A DNA stretch of 64,000 bases from Pelagibacteraceae bacterium AG-422-B15 (GCA_905182345.1 CAJJBG010000018.1:6288-70287); one strand, 5' to 3'. Counted from the first letter of the stretch, positions 20,051 to 30,412 are shown. Notes: generated by a model not told the origin, from the sequence alone. Made by a program: numbers and translations.

Positions 20051-20979
20051 TTTAATTTATCCCAAATAATTTTTGCAATATCAATTTTTGAGAATTTTTT
20101 AATTTCCTTAATACAAGTAGGTGATGTTACATTTATTTCAGTTAGATATTTCCCAATTATATCTATGCCAACAAAAAAAAGTTTTCGTTTTTTTAGTTCT
20201 GGCCCAATTGCATCACATATAATTTTATCAGATTTTGAAATTGATGTTTTTTTTGCAGTGCCTCCAACATGAATATTTGATCGTATGTCATTTTTCCCAG
20301 GTACCCTAGCAATAGCGCCAACAGGTTTCCCATCAACAAGAATGATTCTCTTATCTCCATTAGTAATTTCTGCAAGATATTTTTGAACTATAAATTGCTC
20401 TTTATCAGAGGTTAAAAAGGATTCAATAATTTGATTTAAATTAAGATCTTTTTTTGAAATTAAAAAAACACTATCGCCACCGTTACCATAAAGAGGTTTT
20501 ATAACTGCTTTATTATATTTTTCTAGAAATTGAATAATTTGATTTTTTGATCTAGTGACAATAGTAGGTGGTATAAGTTTTGGAAATTTAAAAATTAAGA
20601 TTTTTTCTGGAGAATTTCTTATACCTGCTGGGTCATTAATAATCTGTGTTTTTTTTGAGTCTACTAATTCTAGAATATGCAATGAAGTAATGTATGCCAT
20701 ATTATATGGTGGATCTTGCCTTATAAATATAGTCTTCATGTTTGATAATTTAATAATCTTGCTTACAGTACACTTGTAATCATTATCATTATTTTTATTA
20801 AACTTAATTATTTGAGCAACTGCAAATGCCTCATTATTTTCAATGAACATACTGTCTGGTGAATAAATATAATTAGTATTACCTCTAAATTGCGATTCAA
20901 TTATTAATGAAATTGTACTATCTGTTTTAAAGTTTATTTTAGATAGACTATCCATTTGAAATGCTACACTCATAATCAA
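20047..20979 (-). CDS. gshB: Glutathione synthetase
   Basis: 310 aa prokaryotic GSH synthetase with an ATP-grasp layout (VIKPLYGNGGDSVF, NVTSPT). Its stop codon shares TTAA with the maeB stop. Confidence 0.9.
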   Translation of the reverse strand: MIMSVAFQMDSLSKINFKTDSTISLIIESQFRGNTNYIYSPDSMFIENNEAFAVAQIIKFNKNNDNDYKCTVSKIIKLSNMKTIFIRQDPPYNMAYITSLHILELVDSKKTQIINDPAGIRNSPEKILIFKFPKLIPPTIVTRSKNQIIQFLEKYNKAVIKPLYGNGGDSVFLISKKDLNLNQIIESFLTSDKEQFIVQKYLAEITNGDKRIILVDGKPVGAIARVPGKNDIRSNIHVGGTAKKTSISKSDKIICDAIGPELKKRKLFFVGIDIIGKYLTEINVTSPTCIKEIKKFSKIDIAKIIWDKLN

Positions 20980-21602
20980 TTGTAATTTACTTCACTTTTC
21001 AATCTAACGTATTCGATTACATCTAGAACACCATACGTTTCTTTACATACATCAATAACAGCTGTTAATTCTCCTTGATTTTGTGCTATGCCAATTAAAT
21101 AAACAATGCCATTAACAACTTCAACCGAGTAGTTTAAATTTAAAATTTCTTTATTAAATAGTAGCTTGCCTTTTATTTTAGTTTTCATGACCAAATCATC
21201 AGCATAATTAAGAATTCCTTCATTATTACTAATTTGAATTTCATTAATAACTTCTCTAACGCCCTCAATCCCCCATGCTAATTTAGTTGCCTCAATGCGT
21301 ATATCAATTTGCTCTACTCCTCCAGTTAGCAAAACACGTCCCTCATTTACTTCAACTCCAACATTAAAAAATATTTTTTCGTTTGTACTAAAATAACTAT
21401 TTTTTAATTGAGCTAAAATAATTGTATCTTCAACATAATTATTAAATGATCTTTCTTGTTTGTTAACTAATAATGCTTGTGAGGTGCTAGCTAAATATAT
21501 TGATTGACAGGCAGAAGTGATGACGGATAAAAAAAATATTACTATTAATATTTTCACTGGAATAAATATAATATTTTTCATAATTTTATTATTTATTATC
21601 AA
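20976..21602 (-). CDS. Dual BON-domain lipoprotein (OsmY/DolP-like)
   Basis: 208 aa. Signal peptide plus lipobox-like ITSAC, and two BON-like segments (VEVNEGRVLLTGGV; VEVVNGIVYLIGIA). The start may be the downstream MKNIIF. Confidence 0.8.
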   Translation of the reverse strand: MIINNKIMKNIIFIPVKILIVIFFLSVITSACQSIYLASTSQALLVNKQERSFNNYVEDTIILAQLKNSYFSTNEKIFFNVGVEVNEGRVLLTGGVEQIDIRIEATKLAWGIEGVREVINEIQISNNEGILNYADDLVMKTKIKGKLLFNKEILNLNYSVEVVNGIVYLIGIAQNQGELTAVIDVCKETYGVLDVIEYVRLKSEVNYN

Positions 21603-22473
21603 TTACTAATTGATATATATTTCTTTTAGGTAAATTAAGTTTTTCAGACAATAATTTGACAATTTCTTTATCTTTTTTGTTTTCTTTATATAAATTTATT
21701 AATGCTATTATTTCTTCTTTATTAAATATACTTTTTTTATCTAATGATCCACATTCTATTATAACGGTAATTTCACCTTTAATACTTTCCCTTGAATTAA
21801 ACTCAAAATAAACCTCTTTAGGTATTCCCCTTACAATTTCTTCATTTTTTTTAGTTAACTCTCTAATTATGGCAATTTTACGATTAGGAAAATGGTCAAT
21901 TAAATTTTTTAAACACTTTTTAAGACGTTTGGGTGATTCAAAAAATACTATAGTTTCCTTTGAGTACTCTATTCTCTCAAAAAAAGCTTCTTTTAGTTTG
22001 TTGGTCTGAGGAGCAAACCCTAGAAAAGTAAAGCTACTATTGTCTATACCTGAAACAACAATACTACCTAATACAGCAGAGGCCCCTGGTATAGAGTAGA
22101 TTGGTATATTTTCTTCTATACATTTTTTAACCAATTCCTCACCAGGATCAGATATTAAAGGGGTTCCTGCATCAGATATTAAAGATATTGTTAAGCCATC
22201 TTTAAGTTTACTTAGTATGCCAGGAATTTCTCTTGTAGAATTAAATTTATGAAATGATTTTAAAGTTGATTTTATGCCATATTTAATTGTTAATTTTTTA
22301 CTTGTCCTCGTATCCTCACACAGTATGAGAGAAGATAAAGATAAAATTGATAATGAACGAATTGATATATCTGCTAAATTTCCAATGGGAGTTGAAACGA
22401 CATACAGTCCAGGCAGAAAATTATTTTTATTTAATTGATCAATAATGGTATTAGTATTTATGTTAAGATCCAT
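21589..22473 (-). CDS. rsmI: 16S rRNA (cytidine1402-2'-O)-methyltransferase
   Basis: 294 aa with LYVVSTPIGNLADIS and a tetrapyrrole-methylase-fold pattern. Confidence 0.93.
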   Translation of the reverse strand: MDLNINTNTIIDQLNKNNFLPGLYVVSTPIGNLADISIRSLSILSLSSLILCEDTRTSKKLTIKYGIKSTLKSFHKFNSTREIPGILSKLKDGLTISLISDAGTPLISDPGEELVKKCIEENIPIYSIPGASAVLGSIVVSGIDNSSFTFLGFAPQTNKLKEAFFERIEYSKETIVFFESPKRLKKCLKNLIDHFPNRKIAIIRELTKKNEEIVRGIPKEVYFEFNSRESIKGEITVIIECGSLDKKSIFNKEEIIALINLYKENKKDKEIVKLLSEKLNLPKRNIYQLVIDNK

Positions 22474-23764
22474 AAGGTTATTTATTAATATTTTTTTTAA
22501 TTATAACATTATTATATTGTTTATTCTGCCATTTTTCTTTTATGGATGTGAGACAATGCCTAATCAAAATAATAGAATAAATCAAATTCAGAAACAAGAT
22601 AATGAAATTGGTGTTATAAAAGCAAAAATTAACAGTAGTCTTCCAAGTATTAAAGTTGGCTTATTATTGCCATTGAGTGGTGAAAATTCAACAGTTGGTA
22701 AATCTCTACTTCGTGCAGCCCAATTATCATTAGCGAAGACACAGAATAAAGATATAAAATTGATTATTAAAGATACTCAAAGTATTAATAAGAATATTAT
22801 TAGATCATACTATGAGTTAATTAATGAAAATGTTGATATTATACTTGGACCAGTATTTACCGATAACATAAAGTTAATTTCTCCACTTAGTATTGATGAA
22901 GAAAAAATTATGATTACGTTTTCAAACAATACTGAAATTAAAAATAAAAATACATTTATATCAGGAACAACTCCAGAAAATGAAATTGTGGAGATATTTA
23001 GATACGCATTATCAAAAGGTAAGAGGAAATTTGCAATCATACTTCCTAACAATAATTATGGAAAAAGATCTAAAAAGCTTATTGAAAATTTATTAAAGAT
23101 TAATAATGGAGAAGTAAGTAAAATTGTTTTTTATGAACCGGCAGACCCTGATTTTTATCAAGTTTCAAAAATAATTGCTAACTACGATTCAAGAAAAATT
23201 AAACTTAGTGATAAGCTAGATGAACTCAAAGAAAATGGATCACCAGCTGCTTTAAAAGAATATGACTCATTAAAAAACAAAGATACGCTTGGTGAACTTG
23301 ATTTTGAGAGTTTATATATTGGTGTTGAAAGCATTAAACATTTATCAATGATAACATCTGTTCTTCCTTACTACGATGTTGATCCAAAAGAAGTTTTATA
23401 TTTAGGCAATTCGTTGTGGTCTAATAATATAGCCGCAAAAGAGCCTGCTTTAGAAAAAGGAGTGTTTCCTGATACTGAACATATTAATTATGAATTCTTT
23501 AGATCTAGCTATTTTAATACTTTTAACAATAAGCCACACAAAATTGCATCACTTGCTTATGATTTAGTTGGATTAATTTCTGCTATGCAATTAAATAATC
23601 AAAAACCTTCTTTTGATAATCTTGTTAATAAGACTGGCTTTATAGGCAGTAAGGGCTTGTTTAGATTTAAGGCAGATGGAAATATTGAACGCTCCTTGAC
23701 TATATACCAAATTAGAAATGAAAAAATAAATGTAATACAAAAAGCAGACTTAAATTTTAATTAA
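22445..23764 (+). CDS. LpoA/LppC-like periplasmic-binding-fold lipoprotein (putative penicillin-binding-protein activator)
   Basis: 439 aa. Signal peptide ending FFFYGC. The PBP-type-I start IKVGLLLPLSGENSTVGKSLLRAAQLSL resembles the LpoA C-domain. Divergent from rsmI as in the E. coli rsmI/lpoA locus. The start may be 22460 (MLRSIRLF). Confidence 0.7.
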   Translation: MVLVFMLRSIRLFINIFFNYNIIILFILPFFFYGCETMPNQNNRINQIQKQDNEIGVIKAKINSSLPSIKVGLLLPLSGENSTVGKSLLRAAQLSLAKTQNKDIKLIIKDTQSINKNIIRSYYELINENVDIILGPVFTDNIKLISPLSIDEEKIMITFSNNTEIKNKNTFISGTTPENEIVEIFRYALSKGKRKFAIILPNNNYGKRSKKLIENLLKINNGEVSKIVFYEPADPDFYQVSKIIANYDSRKIKLSDKLDELKENGSPAALKEYDSLKNKDTLGELDFESLYIGVESIKHLSMITSVLPYYDVDPKEVLYLGNSLWSNNIAAKEPALEKGVFPDTEHINYEFFRSSYFNTFNNKPHKIASLAYDLVGLISAMQLNNQKPSFDNLVNKTGFIGSKGLFRFKADGNIERSLTIYQIRNEKINVIQKADLNFN

Positions 23765-24349
23765 ATAATTTTTAAGTTTATTAAATGCAATTTGTCTATG
23801 GCTTATTCGTTCTTTATATAAAAAATTCATTTCACCAAATGTTTTTTTGTAGCCATCGGGTATAAATATTGGATCATAACCAAAACCATTATTGCCCACT
23901 GCTGGAAAATTTAAATGACCATAAACCTTACCTTCAAAAGAAAGAATTCTTCCTGTTGGGTAAGCTAAACTTAAAGCACAACAAAAATGTGCCCTTCTAC
24001 TTCTTTTGGATGTTGCAGAAACTTTCAATAATTCTTTTTCTATTTTATGGATAGCAATAGTAAAATTTTTTGATTTACCTGCCCACCTAGCAGATAAAAT
24101 TCCAGGACTACCATTCAAAGCATTAATACAAAGACCACTATCATCTGCCAATGCGATATGACCTGATTTTTTTGAGACAGCTTTGGCTTTAATAATTGAA
24201 TTTTCAATAAATGTTTTCCCAGTTTCTTTTGGTGCAGATATATCAAAGTCTGTTGCAGAAAAAATATTTAGCTTAAAAGGTTTTAAAAGATTTTTAATTT
24301 CAGAAATTTTACCTTTATTGTGTGTAGCAATTACTAATTTAGTTTTCAT
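23750..24349 (-). CDS. rdgB: dITP/XTP pyrophosphatase (RdgB/HAM1)
   Basis: 199 aa with ATHNKGKISEI, ALADDSGL and FGYDPIF motifs. Confidence 0.93.
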   Translation of the reverse strand: MKTKLVIATHNKGKISEIKNLLKPFKLNIFSATDFDISAPKETGKTFIENSIIKAKAVSKKSGHIALADDSGLCINALNGSPGILSARWAGKSKNFTIAIHKIEKELLKVSATSKRSRRAHFCCALSLAYPTGRILSFEGKVYGHLNFPAVGNNGFGYDPIFIPDGYKKTFGEMNFLYKERISHRQIAFNKLKNYLIKI

Positions 24350-24361
24350 AAAGCTATTAAA

Positions 24362-25069
24362 TTACATAACCTTTTTTTGTGCATTAATAATCTCTGCAAT
24401 TCCTAGTTTTGCTAAATCTAACAATTTAGAAAAATGCTGCTCTTCACAAATCTTACCTTCAGACGTAAGTTGTATTTCTACTAGTTTTTGACTGTCTGTT
24501 ATTACAAAGTTTGCATCCACATCAGCTGACTGATCTTCAATATAGTCTAGATCTAAATAACAATCATTTGCTATTACTCCACAGCTAATGGCAGCTAAAT
24601 TTTCTATTATTGGATTCTTTCTAATAATTTTTTCTTTGATCATAGATTCAAAGCAATGGTGTAGGGCAACAAAAGCACCAGAAATAGCAGCGGTTCGGGT
24701 ACCACCGTCAGCTTGTAAAACATCACAGTCAACTAAGATCTGCATTTCAGTAAATAAAGAAGGGTCAACAATTGCACGCAGCGATCGCCCAATCAATCTT
24801 TGGATTTCTTGTGTTCTACCAGTTTGCTGACCTTTTTTTGCTTCCCTTGAAACACGCTCATGCGTTGCTCGAGGTAACATTCCATATTCTGCTGTAACCC
24901 ATCCTTTATTTTGACCTTTTAACCATCGTGGAACTGATCTATCTAAAGATGCATTACATAACACATGGGTGTCACCAAATTTTACTAAGCAAGAACCTTC
25001 TGCATATTGAGAAAAATTAGGAATTAATTCAATTTTTCTTAATTCATTTACATTTCTACTTTTTCTCAT
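24362..25069 (-). CDS. rph: Ribonuclease PH
   Basis: 235 aa with GSCLVKFGDTHVLC and LQADGGTRTAAISGA. Confidence 0.97.
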   Translation of the reverse strand: MRKSRNVNELRKIELIPNFSQYAEGSCLVKFGDTHVLCNASLDRSVPRWLKGQNKGWVTAEYGMLPRATHERVSREAKKGQQTGRTQEIQRLIGRSLRAIVDPSLFTEMQILVDCDVLQADGGTRTAAISGAFVALHHCFESMIKEKIIRKNPIIENLAAISCGVIANDCYLDLDYIEDQSADVDANFVITDSQKLVEIQLTSEGKICEEQHFSKLLDLAKLGIAEIINAQKKVM

Positions 25070-25157
25070 ATTTTTTCCTTTATTTTTATATTACGCAGGT
25101 ATTGACGAAAAGAATATAGATCATTACATGAATATAAAATATTAGAAAATTAGATAT

Positions 25158-25736
25158 ATGATAAAAAAAAATAAACCCGATGATACTCAAGATCTTGAAA
25201 ATAAAGATTTACAAAATGATGAGTTAGAGCTTGAAGGTGAACAGCCTGAAATAGATGAAGCTCCCTTAGGGGTTGATGAAATTAATGAATTAAAGAATCA
25301 ACTATTAAGATCTTTAGCTGATAATGAAAATACACGTCGAAGACATGAAAAAGAAAAAGACGACTTAAGCTCATATGTGATGTCTAATTTTGCTAAAGAA
25401 ATGCTTTCTGTACTAGATAATCTTCAAAGAGCAATGGAGGTTAGTAGTAAAATTGATCAAGACAATAGTAATATTGACAGTAATACCAAAAATTTTATTG
25501 AAGGTGTCCAACTTACTGAAAAACAACTTAATTTTATCTTCGAAAAATTTAAAATTAGCAAAATAGTTTCATTAGATAGTAAGTTTGACCCTAATGTGCA
25601 TCAAGCAATGTTTGAAATTGACAATGATGAGGTTGATGAGGGAATGATTCTTCAAGTAGTTCAGGATGGCTTTAAAATAGAAGATCGTCTTTTAAGGCCT
25701 GCGTTAGTTGGTGTTTCAAAGAAATCTGCTAAATAA
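25158..25736 (+). CDS. grpE: Nucleotide exchange factor GrpE
   Basis: 192 aa. Acidic N-terminus, coiled coil (LRSLADNENTRRR) and a C-terminal GrpE beta domain (RLLRPALVGV). Confidence 0.95.
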   Translation: MIKKNKPDDTQDLENKDLQNDELELEGEQPEIDEAPLGVDEINELKNQLLRSLADNENTRRRHEKEKDDLSSYVMSNFAKEMLSVLDNLQRAMEVSSKIDQDNSNIDSNTKNFIEGVQLTEKQLNFIFEKFKISKIVSLDSKFDPNVHQAMFEIDNDEVDEGMILQVVQDGFKIEDRLLRPALVGVSKKSAK

Positions 25737-25794
25737 TCCAGCTTTTAAAGCAAAAAGCACTTATTTAAAAAAAACAAAAAGTTAATCTGGGGGA

Positions 25795-25825
25795 CTTGTA
25801 GATTAGCAGTCCACTAACTATATAT
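25795..25825 (+). promoter_or_regulatory. Candidate sigma32-like (or sigma70) promoter for dnaKJ
   Basis: CTTGTAG (25795-25801), 16-nt spacer, CTATATAT (25818-25825). It resembles the hslV cassette (-35 6/7, -10 6/8). An SD-like GAGAGAGA follows before the ATG at 25855. Confidence 0.35.
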
Positions 25826-25854
25826 AAATCAAATATTTAAAAGAGAGAGATAAA

Positions 25855-27771
25855 ATGTCAAAAGTTATAGGTATAGATTTGGGTACAACAAACTGTTGTG
25901 TTTCAATAATGGATGGTAAGAATTCTAAAGTAATTGAAAATTCTGAAGGATCAAGAACAACCCCATCTATTGTAGGTTTTGGTAAAAATGGTGAAAAAGT
26001 TGTAGGTCAGCCTGCTAAAAGACAAGCTGTAACCAATCCAGAAAATACTTTATTTGCCATTAAAAGATTGATTGGTAGATCTTTTGACGATCCAACTGTT
26101 CAAAAAGATATCGAAATGGTTCCGTATAAGATTGTTAAGGCTGATAGTGGAGATGCTTGGGTTGAGGCTGCTGGTGAGAAATATTCTCCCTCTCAGATAT
26201 CGGCTTTTATTTTAACAAAATTAAAAGAAGATGCTGAAAGATATTTAGGTGAAAAAGTTGAAAAAGCAGTTATCACTGTTCCAGCTTATTTTAATGACTC
26301 TCAAAGACAAGCAACTAAGGATGCTGGTAAAATAGCAGGTTTAGAAGTTGAGCGTATTGTTAATGAGCCTACCGCAGCTGCTTTAGCATACGGTTTAGAT
26401 AAAAAAGAAGGCAAAACTATTGCTGTTTACGATTTAGGTGGTGGAACATTTGATGTGTCTATTTTAGAAATTGGTGATGGAGTTTTTGAAGTTAAGTCCA
26501 CAAATGGAGACACTTTTTTAGGCGGTGAAGATTTTGATATTCGCTTAGTTAACTATCTTGCTGATGAGTTTAAAAAAGAAAATGGTATTGATCTAAAAAA
26601 AGATAAGCTTGCTTTGCAAAGATTAAGGGAGGCAGCTGAAAAAGCTAAAATTGAATTGTCTTCAACTCCGCAAACTGAAGTTAATCTTCCATTTATAACT
26701 GCTGACCAATCAGGCCCTAAGCACCTTACTTTAACAATTACTCGGGCAAAATTGGAATCACTAGTAGAAGATTTAGTTCAAAAAACAATTGATCCGTGTG
26801 AAGCTGCTCTAAAAGATGCTGGCTTAAGCGCTGGTGAAATTGATGAAATAGTCCTTGTGGGTGGTATGACTAGAATGCCAAAAGTTATTGAAACTGTTAA
26901 AAATTTCTTTGGAAAAGAACCTAATAAAGGCGTTAATCCTGACGAAGTTGTAGCAATGGGTGCTGCCATTCAAGCAGGAATTCTTCAAGGTGATGTAAAG
27001 GACGTACTTCTTCTTGACGTAACCCCTTTGTCTCTTGGGATTGAAACGTTAGGTGGTGTTGCAACTAAATTAATTGATAAAAATACTACAATTCCTACCA
27101 AAAAAAGTCAGACTTTTTCAACGGCAGAAGATAATCAATCTGCAGTTACTATTAGGGTTGTTCAAGGTGAACGCGAGATGGCTGCTGATAATAAACAATT
27201 AGGTGACTTTAATTTAGATGGTATTCCTCCAGCATCAAGAGGTACTCCACAAATTGAAGTAACTTTTGATATCGATGCCAATGGCATTGTAAATGTTTCA
27301 GCTAAAGATAAAGGAACTGGTAAGGAACAACAAATTACTATTCAAGCATCAGGTGGTTTAAGTGATGAGGATATTGAAAAAATGGTTAAAGATGCTGAGG
27401 CCAATGCAGAATCTGATAAGAAAAAACGAGAATTAGTTGATGCAAAAAATCAAGCGGATACCATGATCCATTCTGCTGAAAAAAATCTTACTGAATTTGG
27501 CGACAAAGTTACTGAAGATGAAAAAACAGCAATTGAAAAAGATGTTCAATCTTTAAAAGATGCTTTAACTAGTGAAGATCTAGAAAAAATTAAACCTGCC
27601 CTAGAGGCTCTAACGCAATCTTCTATGAAATTGGGTGAGGCAATGTATAAAGAGCAGCAGGCTGCTGCTGGAGGAGCTGCGGCACCTGATCAAGACAGTG
27701 AACAACCTAAAGATGAGAATATTGTTGATGCTGATTTTGAGGAAGTAAACGAAGATACTAAGCAAGCCTAA
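25855..27771 (+). CDS. dnaK: Chaperone DnaK (Hsp70)
   Basis: 638 aa with [19 protein letters not shown] and [11 protein letters not shown]. Confidence 0.99.
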   Translation: MSKVIGIDLGTTNCCVSIMDGKNSKVIENSEGSRTTPSIVGFGKNGEKVVGQPAKRQAVTNPENTLFAIKRLIGRSFDDPTVQKDIEMVPYKIVKADSGDAWVEAAGEKYSPSQISAFILTKLKEDAERYLGEKVEKAVITVPAYFNDSQRQATKDAGKIAGLEVERIVNEPTAAALAYGLDKKEGKTIAVYDLGGGTFDVSILEIGDGVFEVKSTNGDTFLGGEDFDIRLVNYLADEFKKENGIDLKKDKLALQRLREAAEKAKIELSSTPQTEVNLPFITADQSGPKHLTLTITRAKLESLVEDLVQKTIDPCEAALKDAGLSAGEIDEIVLVGGMTRMPKVIETVKNFFGKEPNKGVNPDEVVAMGAAIQAGILQGDVKDVLLLDVTPLSLGIETLGGVATKLIDKNTTIPTKKSQTFSTAEDNQSAVTIRVVQGEREMAADNKQLGDFNLDGIPPASRGTPQIEVTFDIDANGIVNVSAKDKGTGKEQQITIQASGGLSDEDIEKMVKDAEANAESDKKKRELVDAKNQADTMIHSAEKNLTEFGDKVTEDEKTAIEKDVQSLKDALTSEDLEKIKPALEALTQSSMKLGEAMYKEQQAAAGGAAAPDQDSEQPKDENIVDADFEEVNEDTKQA

Positions 27772-27793
27772 ATATTTTAATTGAGGGCGGCCA

Positions 27794-28912
27794 ATGTCTA
27801 AAAGAGATTACTACGAAATATTAAGTGTAAATAAATCTGCAAATGATACTGAATTAAAAAAAGCTTATTATAAGTTAGCAAAACAATATCACCCAGATCA
27901 GAATCCGAATAATCCTGAGGCTGAAAAAAAGTTTAAAGAAGCTAGTGAAGCATACGGCATACTTTCTGATAAAGAAAAAAGAGGTGCCTACGATCAATTT
28001 GGTCATGCTGGAGTAGATGGAAATGCGGGGGGTGGCTTTGACTCTTCTAGTTTTTCATTTGAAGATATATTTTCTAATTTCTTTAATGACTCATCCCCGT
28101 TTAGTGGCGGTGGAGGAAGAACTAACAATCGTGGATCTGATTTACAATATGAAGCCTCTATAACTCTTGAAGATGCATTTGGTGGTAAAAAACTAAAAAT
28201 TGATATTCCTACACAAGTAAAGTGTGGAGATTGTAGTGGATCTGGTGCAAACAAAGGGAGCTCTCCTTCATCTTGTCCTATGTGTAATGGCCGTGGCCAA
28301 GTTCGTTCTCAACAAGGTTTTTTTTCAGTACAACAAGGCTGTCCACAGTGTCGCGGTAAGGGCACTATAATTTCAGATCCTTGCAAACCTTGTAGGGGTG
28401 CTGGACGAGTTCAAAAAAATAAATCTTTAATGGTTAACATTCCTAAAGGTGTTGATGAGGGTTCAAGAATACGACTCACCGGAGAAGGTGAGGCTGGAAT
28501 TAATGGTGGCCAACAAGGTGACTTATACATATTTGTATCTGTGAAAAGACATAATTTATTTATTCGAGAAGATGATAATTTATTTTCAGAAGTTCCTGTG
28601 TCAATAATTGATGCAACAATTGGCGGTACTATAGATGTTCCAACTATCGATGGTGGTAAAGCTAGGCTAAAAATTCCTTCTGGAACACAATCTGGTGATC
28701 AATTTAGACTTAAATCAAAAGGCATGCCAAGTGTTAGAGGTGGGAAGGTTGCGGATTTGTATGTTCAAGCAAAGCTAGAGACGCCTATAAAATTAAATAA
28801 AAAACAAATAGAGCTTATGCAATCTTTTCAAGAATTATCCTCAGATTCGGAAACCCCTCTTAAAACTGCCTATTTAAAGAAGGCTAATGATTTTTGGAAA
28901 TCTAAAAAGTAA
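27794..28912 (+). CDS. dnaJ: Co-chaperone DnaJ
   Basis: 372 aa. J-domain with HPD (YHPDQNP), a G/F region and four CxxCxGxG zinc-finger repeats. Confidence 0.98.
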   Translation: MSKRDYYEILSVNKSANDTELKKAYYKLAKQYHPDQNPNNPEAEKKFKEASEAYGILSDKEKRGAYDQFGHAGVDGNAGGGFDSSSFSFEDIFSNFFNDSSPFSGGGGRTNNRGSDLQYEASITLEDAFGGKKLKIDIPTQVKCGDCSGSGANKGSSPSSCPMCNGRGQVRSQQGFFSVQQGCPQCRGKGTIISDPCKPCRGAGRVQKNKSLMVNIPKGVDEGSRIRLTGEGEAGINGGQQGDLYIFVSVKRHNLFIREDDNLFSEVPVSIIDATIGGTIDVPTIDGGKARLKIPSGTQSGDQFRLKSKGMPSVRGGKVADLYVQAKLETPIKLNKKQIELMQSFQELSSDSETPLKTAYLKKANDFWKSKK

Positions 28913-28954
28913 TATTTCATACCAATTTCATAGAATTCATTTATTCTACATACC

Positions 28955-29761
28955 ATGAAACCAATTAAAATTATTGTTACAGGCGCTACTGGACGTATGG
29001 GTCAAATAATTATAAAAAAAATTATATCTGATAAATCTTTTAAGTTAATTGGCGCCACAGAAGCTCCTAATAATAAATTTATAGGTGCAGATCTTAGCAA
29101 GATTTTAAAAATTAGGAAAACCAATCTTAAGATTACAAATAGTGCTGTTTCTCTCTTTGCAAAATCAGATGTTGTTATTGACTTTACTTTGCCTAAAGCA
29201 ACCATGGAGCACATTAAACTTTCAGTAAAGTCTAAAATTGTACATATTATAGGAACTACAGGATTTACTAAAGCCCAAGAAAAGAAAATATATGAAGCTG
29301 CAAAAAAAGCAATTATAATAAAATCAGGCAATATGAGTATGGGTATTAATATACTTCAACAGGTCATTAGCAAAGCTGCAAGTCTTTTTAATGATAGTTT
29401 CAATATAGAAGTGTTGGAAACACACCATAAGAATAAATTAGATGCTCCATCTGGAACAGCATTAATGCTTGGTCAGTCTATCGCTACTTCTAAAAGAAAG
29501 AACTTGGAAAAAATAAAAGTAATTGGAAAAGTTGGATCTAGAAAAAAAACACAGCAAGATAAAATATTATTCAATTCTTATAGAAAAGGCAAAGTAGTTG
29601 GTGATCATAAAGTTATTTTTTCATCAAAGGATGAAATTATAGAATTGAATCATAAGGCTTTAGATCGTGGAATTTTTGCAACAGGTGCTATTCAAGCTGC
29701 TAAATGGGGTATAAAACAAAAACCTGGCCTTTATTCTATGTTAAATGTTTTAAGTGATTAG
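28955..29761 (+). CDS. dapB: 4-hydroxy-tetrahydrodipicolinate reductase
   Basis: 268 aa with GATGRMGQ and ETHHKNKLDAPSGTA. Confidence 0.93.
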   Translation: MKPIKIIVTGATGRMGQIIIKKIISDKSFKLIGATEAPNNKFIGADLSKILKIRKTNLKITNSAVSLFAKSDVVIDFTLPKATMEHIKLSVKSKIVHIIGTTGFTKAQEKKIYEAAKKAIIIKSGNMSMGINILQQVISKAASLFNDSFNIEVLETHHKNKLDAPSGTALMLGQSIATSKRKNLEKIKVIGKVGSRKKTQQDKILFNSYRKGKVVGDHKVIFSSKDEIIELNHKALDRGIFATGAIQAAKWGIKQKPGLYSMLNVLSD

Positions 29762-29764
29762 AAA

Positions 29765-30412
29765 TTGTCAATGAACATACAAGCGAAAACAAATAAAATT
29801 TTCCAAAAACTAAAACAAAAAAAACTTCAAATTGAAACTGATTTAGTTTATACAAATGCCTATACGCTATTAGTAGCTGTTGTATTATCTGCACAATCAA
29901 CAGATGTTGGTGTAAATAAAGCTACTCAAAATTTATTTAAAAAGGTAGATAACCCATTACAAATGCTCGATCTTGGTGAGAAAAAACTGATAGAGCATAT
30001 CAAAACTATTGGGCTATATAGAAATAAGGCAAAAAATGTGATTGCACTCTCAAAAATATTAATTGATCAATATAATTCGAAAATACCAAACACAATGGAA
30101 AAACTTATAGCGTTGCCAGGCGTAGGCCGAAAAACGGCAAATGTTGTTTTAAATGTAGTTTTTAAACAACCAACAATTGCTGTGGATACGCATGTTTTTA
30201 GAGTCTCAAATAGACTTGGAATAGGTACTGGTAAAACTCCAGAAGAAGTAGAAAAAAAATTGTATAAAAATATTCCATCAAAATATTTAATGAATGCTCA
30301 TCACTGGTTAATTATGTTTGGACGTTATACATGTAAGGCTCAATCCCCTTTATGTGCTGAATGTAACCTGATAGATTATTGTAGTTATAATAAAAAGAAT
30401 TATGGAAAATAA
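29765..30412 (+). CDS. nth: Endonuclease III
   Basis: 215 aa. HhH-GPD LPGVGRKTANVVL and the 4Fe-4S motif CKAQSPLCAECNLIDYC. Confidence 0.95.
   Translation: MSMNIQAKTNKIFQKLKQKKLQIETDLVYTNAYTLLVAVVLSAQSTDVGVNKATQNLFKKVDNPLQMLDLGEKKLIEHIKTIGLYRNKAKNVIALSKILIDQYNSKIPNTMEKLIALPGVGRKTANVVLNVVFKQPTIAVDTHVFRVSNRLGIGTGKTPEEVEKKLYKNIPSKYLMNAHHWLIMFGRYTCKAQSPLCAECNLIDYCSYNKKNYGK

Noticed and set aside
25102-25132. Possible grpE promoter ATTGACG-N16-TTACATGA
   Set aside because: It matches both the sigma70 and sigma32 -10 consensus weakly, and it does not share the cassette seen at hslV and the PaaI operon.
25803-25811. CIRCE-like half-site TTAGCAGTC upstream of dnaK
   Set aside because: There is no GAGTGCTAA partner 9 nt away, and no hrcA gene at the usual position. 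It is treated as part of a different imperfect palindrome.
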